From NCBI GenBank assembly GCA_008632985.1, contig QPGO01000025.1, positions 248,001 through 312,000 on the forward strand: a stretch of 64,000 bases of DNA. Reading direction: 5' to 3'. The number at the start of each line of letters is the position of its first letter. Position 1 is the stretch's first letter. This document shows, piece after piece, positions 23,455 to 34,939 of the stretch. The notes beneath the pieces are model-generated. The model was not told the origin of the DNA and did not search any database. It saw only the letters and a program-made list of their open reading frames with translations. Origin of the DNA: Psammoneis japonica (Eukaryota). The translations under genes and the position numbers were made by a program.

Positions 23455-26400
23455 CTATCAAACGCTCTAACATCCTACTGTATGTCTCCACTCTCTAGGG
23501 CGGCGCGTGGATGTTCAGCCTACACTAGAATTTATAGATACAAGCATGATCTACTACAAAGCAGGTATTTCAAACTTTAAACTCTCTAGAGCGCCCCGAT
23601 TTGACTCATGCTAGTGCTCTCTAGTCTTGGTCTCCCCAGAGAGGTCCTCACGCTAGCTCCAGAGATTAAAACGAGAGCAGCGATAGCAGAGAGTGGGACA
23701 GAGTATAGGATGTTTCAAATGTTGTGTTTCGTTACGGATCGAGGATGATGTTCATCAAACAATGCGTTTCGTTGCGGATTCCGTAACGTTTTGCGGATGT
23801 GATGTTGCGGAGTCTGTAACGAGAATAAGGTTTCTCAAAAATTTTGTTCCGTAACGAGAACAAGGTTTCTCAAACAATTCATTTTGTTTCGGAATCCGCA
23901 ACGTTGCGGATGTTACGGAGTCCGGAACGAGAAGGTTTCTCGCTCTCTAACATCCCAACTGTGTGTCTCTACTCTCCAGGGCAGCGTGGATGTTTGGTCT
24001 ACACTAACATCTATAGATGCAAGCATGATCTAATACAAAGCAGATGTTTCAAAGTTTAAAGTCTCTAGAGCGCACGATTTGACTTGTGCCAGTGCTCTCT
24101 AGTCTTGGTCGCCCCAGAGAGGTCTTCACGCTGGCTCAAGAGATCAAAACGAGAGCAGCGATGGCAGAGAGTGGGGCAGAGTATGAGATGTCCCAAATGT
24201 TGTGTTTCCTTACGGAATCCGGATTTTACGGAGTCCGTAACGAGGATGATGTTTATCAAACAATGCGTTTCGTTACGGAATCCGTAACATTGCGGATGGG
24301 ATGTTACGGAGTCTGTAACGAGGATGAGGTTTCTCGAACATTTTGTTCCGTAAAACGAGAACGGTTTCTCAAACAATTCATTTTGTTTCGGAATCCGCAA
24401 CGTTGCCGATGTTACGGAGTCCGGGACGAGAAGGTTTCTCGCTCTCTAACTTCCCAACTGTGTGTCTCTACTCTCTGGGGCAGCGTGGATGTTTGGCCTG
24501 CACTAGAATCTATGGATACAAGCATGATCTAATACAAAGCAGACATTTCAAACTTGAAAGTATTTAGAGCGCCCGATTTGACTCATGCCAGTGCTCTCTA
24601 TGCAGTCTCTTGGCCTCCTCAGAGAGGTCCTCACACTAGCTCCAGAGATTAAAACAACAAGAGCAGCGACAGCACAGAGTGGGAAAGAGCATGGGATGTC
24701 TCAAAAAATGTTGTGTTTCGTTGCGAAATCCGGATGTCACGTAGTCCGTAACGAGGAGGATGTTCATCAAACAATGCGTTTCGCCACGGAATCCGCAACG
24801 TTGCGGATGGGATGTTGCGGAGTCTGTAACGAGAATGAGGTTTCTCAAACGTTTGTTCCGTAACGAGAACAAGGTGTCTCAAACAATTCTTTTCGTTTCA
24901 GAATCCGCAACGTTGCAGATGTTACGGAGTCCGCAACGAGAAGGTTTCTCGCTCTCTAACATCCTAACTGCACGTCTCTACTCTCCAGGGCAGCGTGGAT
25001 GTTTGGCCTACACTAAAATCTACAGATGCAAGCATGATCTAATGCAAAGCAGATGTTTCAAACTTTGAAGTCTCTAGAGCGCCCGATTTGACTTGTGCCA
25101 GTGCTCTCTAGTCTTCGTCTCCAAAGAGAGGTCCTCACGCTAGCTCCAGAGATTAAAATGAGAGCAGCGACAGCAGGAGTGGGACAGAGTGTGGGATGTC
25201 TCAAATGTTGTGTTTTGTTACGGAGTCCGGGTGTTGCGGAGTCCGTAACTAGGATGATGTTCATCAAACAATGCGCTTCGTTACGGAATCCGTGACGTTT
25301 TGCGGATGCAATGCTGCGGAGTCTGCAACGAGAACAAGGTTTCTCAAACATTTTGTTCCGTAACGAGAACAAGGTTTCTCAAACAATTCATTTTGTTTCG
25401 GAATCCGCAACGTTGCGGATGTTACGGAGTCCGGGACGAGAAGGTTTCTCGCTCTCTAACTTCCCAACTGTGTGACTCTACTCTCTGGGGGGCAGCGTGG
25501 ATGTTTGGCCTGCACTAGAACCTGTAGATGCAAGCATGATCTAATGCAAAGCAGACCTTTCAAACTTTTGAAAGCACCCAGAGCGCCCGATTTGACTCAT
25601 GCCAGCACTCTCTAGTCTTGGTCTCCCCAGAGAGGTCCTCACGCTGGCTCAATAGATTAAAACGAGAGCAGCGACAGTAGAGAGTGGGAAAGAGCATAGG
25701 ATGTCCCAAATGTTGTGTTTTATTACGGAATCCGGATGTTGTCCGTAATTTGGATGATGTTTGTCAAACAATGCGTTTCGTTACGGAATCCGCAACGTTG
25801 CGGATGGGATGTTGCGGAGTCTGTAACGAGAATGAGGTTTCTCAAACATTTTGTTCCGTAACGAGAACAAGGTTTCTCAAACAATTCATTTCGTTTCGGA
25901 ATCCGCAACGTTGCGGATGTTACGGATTCCGCAACGAGAAGGTTTCTCGCTCTCTAACATGCTAGCTGTGTGTCTCTGCCGGCACTCTCGAGGGCAGCGT
26001 GGATGTTCAGCCTTCATTAGAATCTATGGATGCAAGCATGATCTATTGCAAAGCGGGCATTTCGAACTTGAAACTCTCCAGAGCGCCCGATTTGACTGAT
26101 GCTGGCATTCTCCAGTCTTGGTCTCTCCAGAGAGGTCCTCACGCTAGCCAGAGAGCAAAACTAGAGCAGCAGATGGCAGAGAGTGGGACAGAGGAAAAGA
26201 TGTCTCAAACATTGCGTTTCGTTGCGGAGTCCGGATGTTACAGAGTCTGTGACGTGAATGATGTTCCTCAAACAATGCGTTTCGTTACAGAATCCGTAAC
26301 GTTGTGGATGGGATGTTACGGAGTCCGCAACAAGGATGAGGTTTCTCAAAAACTTCATTTCGTTACGGAATCCACAACGTCACGGAAGTCCGCAACGAGA

Positions 26401-26560
26401 ACAAGGTTTCTCAAGCATTTCATTTTGTTGCGGAACCCACAATGTTGTGGATGTTGCAGAGACCACAACGAGAAGAAGGTTTCTCGAGCATTTTGTTTCA
26501 TTGCGGACGCCTGTCACGTTGTGGACATTGTGGAAATCCGTGACATCCGTGGCGAAACAC
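23455..26560. repeat. Tandem array of about 6 diverged units of about 500 bp with internal palindromic sub-repeats
   Basis: Units start near 23463, 23941, 24440, 24950, 25450, 25948 (ctctaac...gcgtggatgt); recurring cgttacggaatccgtaacg and gagaacaaggtttctc. Confidence 0.95.
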
Positions 26561-26677
26561 TCACTCGCGCAGCAGCTTGCTCCTTTGGTGCCAGGTCTTC
26601 TCTGTCTTTTTCCGTGCCACTTGCTTGCAGACCTCCCAGTTGGGAGTGTCACTGACCACCAGGGCAAGTGATGCAAA

Positions 26678-26826
26678 AGTGAGTGAGTGAGTGAGTGAGT
26701 GAGTGAGTGAGTGAGTGAGTGAGTGAGTGAGTGAGTGAGTGAGTGAGTGAGTGAGTGAGTGAGTGAGTGAGTGAGTGAGTGAGTGAGTGAGTGAGTGAGT
26801 GAGTGAGTGAGTGAGTGAGTGAGTGA
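26678..26826. repeat. (GAGT)n microsatellite, about 37 units
   Basis: Direct reading. Confidence 0.97.
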
Positions 26827-26829
26827 GGT

Positions 26830-29800
26830 TGCAGGAATGCATCAGTTTTTCATGGAACATCTGGGTTGCAACAGGAGTTCATGCATGTGCAGCATGTGGT
26901 GAGTTCACATCAATTTACACAAGAGTTGCAACAGGAGTTTGCAGGCCCTGGGAGCAAGTGCATGTTGTGATCCTTGATGCACTTGCATCACACGTGGGGC
27001 AACAGCATTGGCACACACACTGGCCACTGCTCGTGCACATCTTCATTTCTCAACACATGCACTCAGCAATTGCCCTTGTGATGCACTTTAAAAATGTTTT
27101 GCTCAAATGACTGTCTGTCACACACAACAAGTTGTTGCCCTTTTGCATTGAGTTGAGTGGCACGCACGCATCTTGACAGTTGATGCGACCTCGTTCCATT
27201 CTGATGACATCAAGTTCTGACACCAGTGGAGCCGGCCGCACAGCACTGCCAGTGCTGGCATGAAAAGTGCGCACCATGCCGTGCGATCAAAATGACACAT
27301 GCACAAAGGCCCGCCTGCGTGTGGCCGCATGCTGACCTGCATGTTGCACAGTCTTGCCATGGCCAGTGCCCCCCTCTGAAGGGCTTGTTTAATTTGGCAC
27401 CCACTCCCCATTGCCATGACAGTTTCAGAAGCGCACACAGCAGCTGTTGGCATGTCTCTGCTTGCACGCAAATTTGTTGCAACAAACTCCTGCAAAACAA
27501 TTTCTGTTGTGACGCAACTGTGACGTTGAATTTTTCCACCTCTGCCCAAAAAAATTCAGCACGCAAAACACCAAAGCCATTTTTCTAAACCAAAAAAATC
27601 ACCATGGCCACCACCTCTGAACAAACGCCGCTGCAGTGGATGAATCATCAGCGCCCACTTGCCCCCTTCCAGAGAACACTTCCAAACAACCTGAAGTGTC
27701 TTCTGACAAAAGGGGGCAAGCAGAGCTCACAGATCTGTAGTGGAGACATGGCTCAGATGTGCACTCACTTCTCGCAGAGTTTTTCCATGGCATGTCAAGC
27801 AACAAGCCTTGCTTCTTTGCTGTCAAAGAGCCTTTTGTCAAGATGGAGAGGATCAGTGAAAATGATGATGTCAAAAAAGAGGTGTCAAAGCCAGGTGAGT
27901 CCTGCCTGTTGCTGTGCTTCTTGACAAGTGCACAAGTCCATCACTTCACTTCCGACACGATGTGGCAATGGCAGTGGTGGCAGAGAAGGTGCACATTGGG
28001 CTGCAAGAATTTGTTGATCAACCCTGTCCATCAAATCCTTTTTTCTGCTTTGACAGTGTCCCAGCTGGTGTTTTTTTTGTGAGCCACTTTTCTTCAGCTT
28101 TGGCTGCAGAGTTTTCAATGCGCTGCTTGAGCAGAGTCCAACAGAGTTGTCGCTCCTCATGAATCAAACTCAGACTTTGCCATGGCTTGTTTTCACAATC
28201 ACAACAAAGGGGTTTCTTTGTTAAACCAGACTTGGCAGAGCAACAACAGCAGAGCCAGAGACAAAAGAAGTTGCACAATGCAATGACAAAGCAAAGAACT
28301 TGACACTTTTGACAAAAACAGCCTGCTGATGGGCTCCAATGCCAAACCCATGCTCTTCTCTGTGTTGATGGTGCACCATGGTGCAACACTTGCATTGGAG
28401 GAGATTGACTGCTGCCGCTTCAAGGTCAAGGAGGGCTCCATTGGTGATCTTAATTTGTGCCCAGGTGCAAAGAAGGTGCGCCAAGCACAACTTGGGAATG
28501 GAGTGCATGCCTGGCAAATGAGCTCCAGCAAAGCAAGCCATTGAGAACATTGAGGCCCATTTGGTTTAAAAACACTCCAGGNAAGGACTTTCCTGCACAC
28601 AGGGCATCTGCCCCACTTTGGAGATTGTTGACTGAAAAACAGGTGGGAGCTCTTGGGGGGGGGGGGGGGGTGTGTTTGGTTGAGCTCAGCTGTGTTGATC
28701 TCATCACACAGAAATGTCTGAGCTGGCCTTGTTCTTGGCAATGCCAGGTGAAAGACATTTGGAGGATGTTGTGTGCCGCGCACATGAGCAGACCACCTCA
28801 AAGCACAAAGCATGCCACCAATCTGGTGTTTGTTCCAACTCATCCCTCAATTGATTGACGTCCTTTTGAGGGGATGTCAGCAAAGCAATTCCAAGCAACA
28901 TGCCAGAACCTCCGCCAGGCATGGACTTTAACTTGAAGCTCTGTGTCAACTCTGGTCATGCCAACAACAATGTTGCAGATCGTTTGTGCTCAGAATGTTT
29001 TTTTGCTTGAAGTTGGTGCTGGTCTCATGTTGCTCCAAGTGGTGGAGCACTGTTGAGATGTTTGTTTTTGGCACCAAGTTTGTGGGGCCATGGAGCAATG
29101 CATGGAGTCTTTGAAAGGCTTGCGACACAAGCCATGGATGATGGGAGAATTCAACATGTGGTGAGTTGGCACTTGGGCAGTGAACTTCAGATTTAGAAGT
29201 TGGTGATGACAGCAGATCTCTCAGAGGGAGTTCAAGATGCTGAACTTCCTGAGCTGTGGCACATTGTTGCAATGTGCTTTTTGTCTTTGCAAGCCCAGCT
29301 CATCTGACTGCAGGGTGTAAATTTTCACAACATCCAACAATGTCCAGGCTCAGCACTGATTTTTAAAAGTCAAACATGAAAGATGGCTGCTGGAGATGCT
29401 GAAAAGAGGGAAAGGGAGGGTCCAACCTCCATGAGAACTGACAGAGTTGCTTCAATGTGCCCAATTCTGTGTGCTTGACAACCTCTTTTGCAGCTCTTTT
29501 CCTCTGCCAGTGCTTGACAGTTTTGTTGAACATGACAGGCATTCAACATGTCCACCGTCTTGCTTGGCTTAGCTGGGTCACTCCCTCATCACCAAACACA
29601 CTCCTCCTGGCCATCAAGAGAGTTGACATTTGGCTGTGTCACAAAATGTGCAACATGTTCAGTCCTGAGGGGACTGAAGAATTTAAGATGTGGTGAATTG
29701 GCATCAGGGCAGTGAACTTCAGATTTAGAAGTTGGTGATGACAGCAGATCTCTTGGAGGGAGTTCAAGATGCTGAACTTCCCAAGCTGTGGCACGTTGTC

Positions 29801-30281
29801 ACAATGTGCTTTTTGTCTTTACAAGTCCAGCTCATCTGACTGCAGGGTGTAAATTTTCACGACATCCAATGTCCAGGCTCAATGCTGATTTTTGAAAGTC
29901 AAACATAAAAGATGGCCACTAGAAATGCTGAAAAGAGGGAAAGGGAGGGTCTAACCTCCATGAGAACTGACACAATGCATGATGTTCATCTGCCTAAAAG
30001 TGCATCGGAGAGCCTGTTGCAGAGTTGCTTAAATGTGCCTAATTCTGTGTGCTTGACAACCTCTTTTGTAGCTCTTTTCCTCTGCCAGTGCTTGATAGTT
30101 TCGTTGGACGCGACAGGCATTCAATATGTCCACCGTCTCGCTTGGCTTAGCTAGGTCACTCCCTGTCACTAAACACACTCCTCCCCACAATATCCGGGGC
30201 CAATGGAAGAGGGATCAACGTACGTTGTCATCAAGAGTTGACAGTTTGGCTGTATTATAAAATATACAATATATTCAGTCC
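26830..30281. mobile_element. Degenerate TpA-depleted repeat DNA, class unassigned
   Basis: Same composition as the recognisable TE relics; no intact ORF; no diagnostic motif recognised. Confidence 0.45.
29157..30281. repeat. Tandem duplication of about 530-590 bp (about 29157-29690 and 29690-30281)
   Basis: gggcagtgaacttcagatttagaagttggtgatgacagc at about 29175 and 29707; both copies run to ...ttcagtcc. Confidence 0.95.
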
Positions 30282-30458
30282 GACTTTAGTTTCAGAAACC
30301 TTTCAGCAGGAGATTACTGTACCGATCTTGCGATTTCAAGCCTCGATGAACTCCCGCGGCGATGATTGGATTCCAGAAAGTTAAGCGTCGCCTACCTCCG
30401 TTTAGGCTTGAGATGCACTGGCTTCCAATGAGTTACGCGTTGCCTTTGCCGGCGGACG

Positions 30459-31331
30459 TCATATGATAGTAGGGCTCTCGAATATCTTGATGGCCAAATT
30501 TACAGCTGGCTCGATATCGGTTGGACTCCCCACATGCACGCCGATGCACATACCTGCATTGGGTCCGTCAAGAAGGAATACCACTGCACCTGAACATCCT
30601 CGATAGCTGTTGATATCATGCACAAAGAACTTGTCAAACACATGAGTGATCATGCCAGCGTAGATACTAATTTCGTCAGCTGGACCGTAGACGATCGCCG
30701 GATTCACATCTGTTTGCTTGATACGCGCCGAATCCAATGTGGCGGCTTGTTTGGCGAAGATGGCCATGGCAATATTTGTGCCCATTGCATATTGATATCC
30801 GGGATTTATGGCTTGAAACACGTGAAAGCGTTGTTGTGTGCTCGAGAGAGGCGTCGGAGGCGGAAATGTACCAGCGGCAATGTCCACACCATATTCCCAG
30901 TAAGTGTTCGTGTTGTTGATAAGCAATTCAAATTGCTTAACCTTACGCACATGAGTGCCCATGAGTGGAAACTCTACCGCAAACGTCTCATTGTGGCGTT
31001 TGCCTGAAAACGTGCATGTTGTAACTAACGGCGAAGTGTTTGGGCGTTTAAGAATGTTGTGCAAAGCCGTGACAGCTCGAATATCATCACCGTCGTTACT
31101 CGTACCGAAGTTCACCATGCCCATTTGACCTTCCAATTTATTATTATAGCCGAGGCAGGTAGTCTCCAACTGAGCAGCTCCGCTATAAACTTGTACGAAG
31201 AGTGGCTCGTACTGTTCGTACACTTCTCGCTCTTGGATATCTGTGGAAAAAGGCTGGCCGGTTCGGCGAACTGTTTCCCTTTTCTTGATGTAGGCTTCGG
31301 CGCCGTCGTATTCTGATTCAGAGTCACTCAT
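30459..31331 (-). CDS. Trypsin-like serine peptidase domain protein
   Basis: AVTALHNI (catalytic His), HDINSYRGCSGAVV (catalytic Ser), CIGVHVG; normal Tyr/TpA content. Start assumed at MSDSESEY. Confidence 0.65.
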   Translation of the reverse strand: MSDSESEYDGAEAYIKKRETVRRTGQPFSTDIQEREVYEQYEPLFVQVYSGAAQLETTCLGYNNKLEGQMGMVNFGTSNDGDDIRAVTALHNILKRPNTSPLVTTCTFSGKRHNETFAVEFPLMGTHVRKVKQFELLINNTNTYWEYGVDIAAGTFPPPTPLSSTQQRFHVFQAINPGYQYAMGTNIAMAIFAKQAATLDSARIKQTDVNPAIVYGPADEISIYAGMITHVFDKFFVHDINSYRGCSGAVVFLLDGPNAGMCIGVHVGSPTDIEPAVNLAIKIFESPTII

Positions 31332-31849
31332 GGCGAACAGAGGCAGAGCTAAAGAGAAACATGTGATTTGATTGAAAGTGGCGAGCACACTTTAAATGCA
31401 ATGCGGGTCAGAAGAGTGTATTATTGTTGCTTTGTTCCTCGCTCGCTATGCTACCCGCTATGGATACCGGTAGACCTACCCTGCGCCACAACCCACACGA
31501 CACGACGCACTCGTCTTGAGGGATGCGCGAAAGATTTTGACCATGAACAAAAGGCACCAAAATGAATGGGGGGCGTCTGCTGGCCAAGTGCGCACGGCAG
31601 AGCTAGCTACTAGCCGCAGAGAGTCTTTGGAAGCGAGAGCTTCGAAAGAAGTCTGCTCGTCGATGCGACTGGAGAATTTGGATCGAAAATTTGAAAATTC
31701 CCGGACAGAGCCCTCTTTCGAAAGTTGAACATCGCCAGTCGCATCAGATGCCCGTTTGCGGCCCATGCATGGGCCGCAAATTTTTTCAAATCTTCAGCGA
31801 CAGAGGCGATCGATGAATGGACCCCACAGCCGAACTCTCCACACCCGTT

Positions 31850-34800
31850 TGTCCTGAACTGTCTCACTGGAATGTGCGACATGGGTGACAAGCTCTTTGT
31901 TGCTTTTGGTGGAGGGGACTCTGAATTGAAAAGGCATTTGGTTTGTTGCACACAGTCGTGTGTGCTTTCAGCTGCGCGCACAACATGTGATGCGGTTTTG
32001 CTCTCAAGCCACTCGGCTCACAAGATCGATGACAACAGCAGCCCGGTCACATCTGACACCTGTCTTGTGGTGTGTTTTCAACTCAGCTTGCAAACAGATC
32101 CTGTGGTGTGTGAGATCTGTCACAAAATCAGAAGGGAGGAACGGCACCACTGTGGCAGGCAAACCATTTGTGGTGAAGGAACAGGGTCAGACCAGACAGC
32201 ATCTGTGCTCATTGGGGCAAGGCTCTCAGCCAGTTGCTTGAGGAGAGCAATGTCTGCTGCCCAAATCTGGCCAATGGAAAGGTGGTCAACAATCCATGGC
32301 AGCATTTGAAAGATGCATGGCACTGCACAGCAAGAAACTCTTGAAGTTGCCTGTGCATCCATGAGTGAGGTCGGAACAGGGCAATCCATGGATGCACACT
32401 GAGCAAGGGTGGCAGCATGGCTGTCAATGAGCACTCAAGCTGGGAAAGCAATGAGGTCTGCAAGGCATCCAGGCAGCATGATGGGTGGCACTGCCAGCCA
32501 AGACAACAACAAGCCAGGGCCGTCAAAGGACCAGGCTGCTGAAGATGCTTTGCAGCAGTCAACCACAGGGTTGAAAAGGTTGCTGGGCACCAAAACATGG
32601 CCAGGGCCCAAGGTGGGCACAGCTGACCAACCCGCTGGGACAAAGACAGGCTCCTCTTGTGCAGAGACACTGTGAGCCCGGCAGCGGCCGTGAGGACAAC
32701 TGCTGAGAAAGAGTGCATGTTGCCACAGTGTGGGGGCAGCACGCAAGCAAGTGCACGCCTGCATGAGCACCACGCCACTGGAAAGCATGGTGGCATGTTT
32801 TGAGCAGCATGCCTCAGGGGCACGAAGGCAAACACAGTTGTTGGCAAGGAGCCAGTTGGGTTGGGAGGGCTGCTGCACAGCAGTGGTCAGATTGTTGGTG
32901 GTGGCCGAGAGGCCCAAGGCAATGATGGTGGGCATCATTGTCACAATGCAAATCCTGATGAAGACCACCTCACAGTTTTGAGAGCTGAGATGGCTGACCA
33001 CACTGGGACTCACTGGGATGGGAGACTGCCAGGATGGCCAAAACCATCCACTCCAGAACAGAGAAGTTGCCAACAAGGAGGTGAGCAGACCATTTCCAAA
33101 TTTGGCCAAGATGGCCATTGAAGCAGATGCTGGTTGGCATTGCTTCCTTCCTCTGTTGCATTGCTTGCAGGTGCCCTCATTGAGTGCCTCTTTGCGACCA
33201 CCTTCTCTGGTGCTGACCTGCTCTGCTCTGGTCAATTTGGCGTTTGGCATCCATGGTGGACTTTCTTGTCAACCCTGTCCACACCAACATTGAATGCTGT
33301 CCTCTTCCCATTCTCAACCCCTTCAGCAACTGTGCTTTGCTTCACCTGCACCAACAGCCACAAGACTCTGCTGTCTCCAAGAACCACATCAGACACACGC
33401 GTCGCCTGTGCTGCCATCACTGCACCATGACCACCATCATCATGACTGCCCCCCTCATCCCCTTGCAGGTCTCCACCACTTTCAACAGAATGTCTTGCTC
33501 AAACCCACAGCCCTGCACCCTGACCACCTCTTGAATTCCCAGCCAATGTTGGCACACAACTCGTGGTGCCCATGGCAGCATTTGAAAGATGCGCGGCAAT
33601 GCACAGCAAGAAACTCTTGAAGTTGCCTGTGCATCCATGAGTGAGGTCAGAACAGGGCAATCCATGGATGCACACTGATCATCTTGCTTCTTTTCTTCTT
33701 GATCAGAATCTGTTGAAAAATCCAACTTGCGAGTGACAGAGCTTTTGCCTTTGTCGTTCGTTTTCGATGGATTTGCAAGCATGCAAGCCAGCACCTGTGC
33801 AAATCCAAAACAGGAGGAAGAGTCAGCACCATGGATCAGCACCAACATGAGACAACAGAGACTAAAAGAAGCATGTGCACCTCAACTGTTTTCCCCAGAC
33901 ACTCATGGAATCTGCAAGAACACCTCCTGACACATGGGGGTTTGAATGCTTGGACAGATCCCAGTCAGGAAAAGCAGATTGAGTTGAGCAGGCATGGGCC
34001 TCTTGCACACTTTTCACAAGTCATCCCACAAAGGGACTGCAAAAGATGCACTCCAAGTCTTGTTGTTTGTCCCAGTCATAAAATGGTGCCACAGCATTGC
34101 CTTGTCTTTGATGCTGGCTGTCACTGTTGGTTTCTGACTGCTCTTGGACCAAGACTGCCCAAGCCATTTCCCACTCTTGTTGGACTCCCTCTTGATGTGT
34201 GCAGCTGCTGCTTTTCCTGCTTCAACATCCATTCAACTGCTTCTTTTTGGCAAGGATGCAAGGTGGGCACAAGACCAGGAATGTCTCAGAATGGTTTTTG
34301 GTCCTCATCTTGTGCCAAGAGTTGAACATTGTCCATCACATTGTACAAATCATTTTGGCTGCAACAGACTCATCAGAAGATGATGCTGACTGGTGTTTGG
34401 TCACATCAACAACCACAGATTGTGGAAAGAGCCACAACAATCAACAGCATTTTGCATCTTGTGAACTTGTGTGCAGCAGAATTGACACGCGCGAGTGCAA
34501 CAGGCTTGTTGTTGACTTGTGCGGTCGAAAAGTGATGGGCAAAAAATTGAACATTTCAGCTGTTTTTGCTGTGATCAATCAATGTCAAAGCACAGTGAGG
34601 CACACACATGTGAAATGAATTGTGCAACATTGATGTGTGTCAGTGTTGTGGTGAGTTTGTGGCTGTTGGTGGAGTGTGTTGCATTCATGGTTGCCGTTGT
34701 TGTTGCGTTTCGACAAGTCGTGGAAAATTTGAAATCCAAAACATTCGTGCATGCAGGCATGTTGTCAACCACAGGACCTTGACATCATGCATTCCTTTGC

Positions 34801-34900
34801 ATGCAAAGAATTTACATTTTTCACTTGTTGTGATTTCATGTGTGAATGAGACATTGACATTGATTGCCCAATGTGACACGTGTCAATGTTCACATGCAAA
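31850..34900. mobile_element. Degenerate TpA-depleted repeat DNA with a ~110-bp dispersed duplicate (about 32294-32402 and 33570-33678)
   Basis: Composition plus duplicated ccatggcagcatttgaaagatg...ccatggatgcacactga; class not recognisable. Confidence 0.45.
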
Positions 34901-34939
34901 CATCAGGCTTGCCGCCAGAAAAAAAGGATGTTCAGCAAA

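Noticed and set aside
23455..26560. CRISPR array
   Set aside because: Whole ~500-bp units repeat with no unique spacers, there are no cas genes, and the context is eukaryotic.
26561..26860. LTHS-repeat protein or telomeric repeat
   Set aside because: It is the translation of the (GAGT)n microsatellite and does not match TTAGGG-type telomere repeats.
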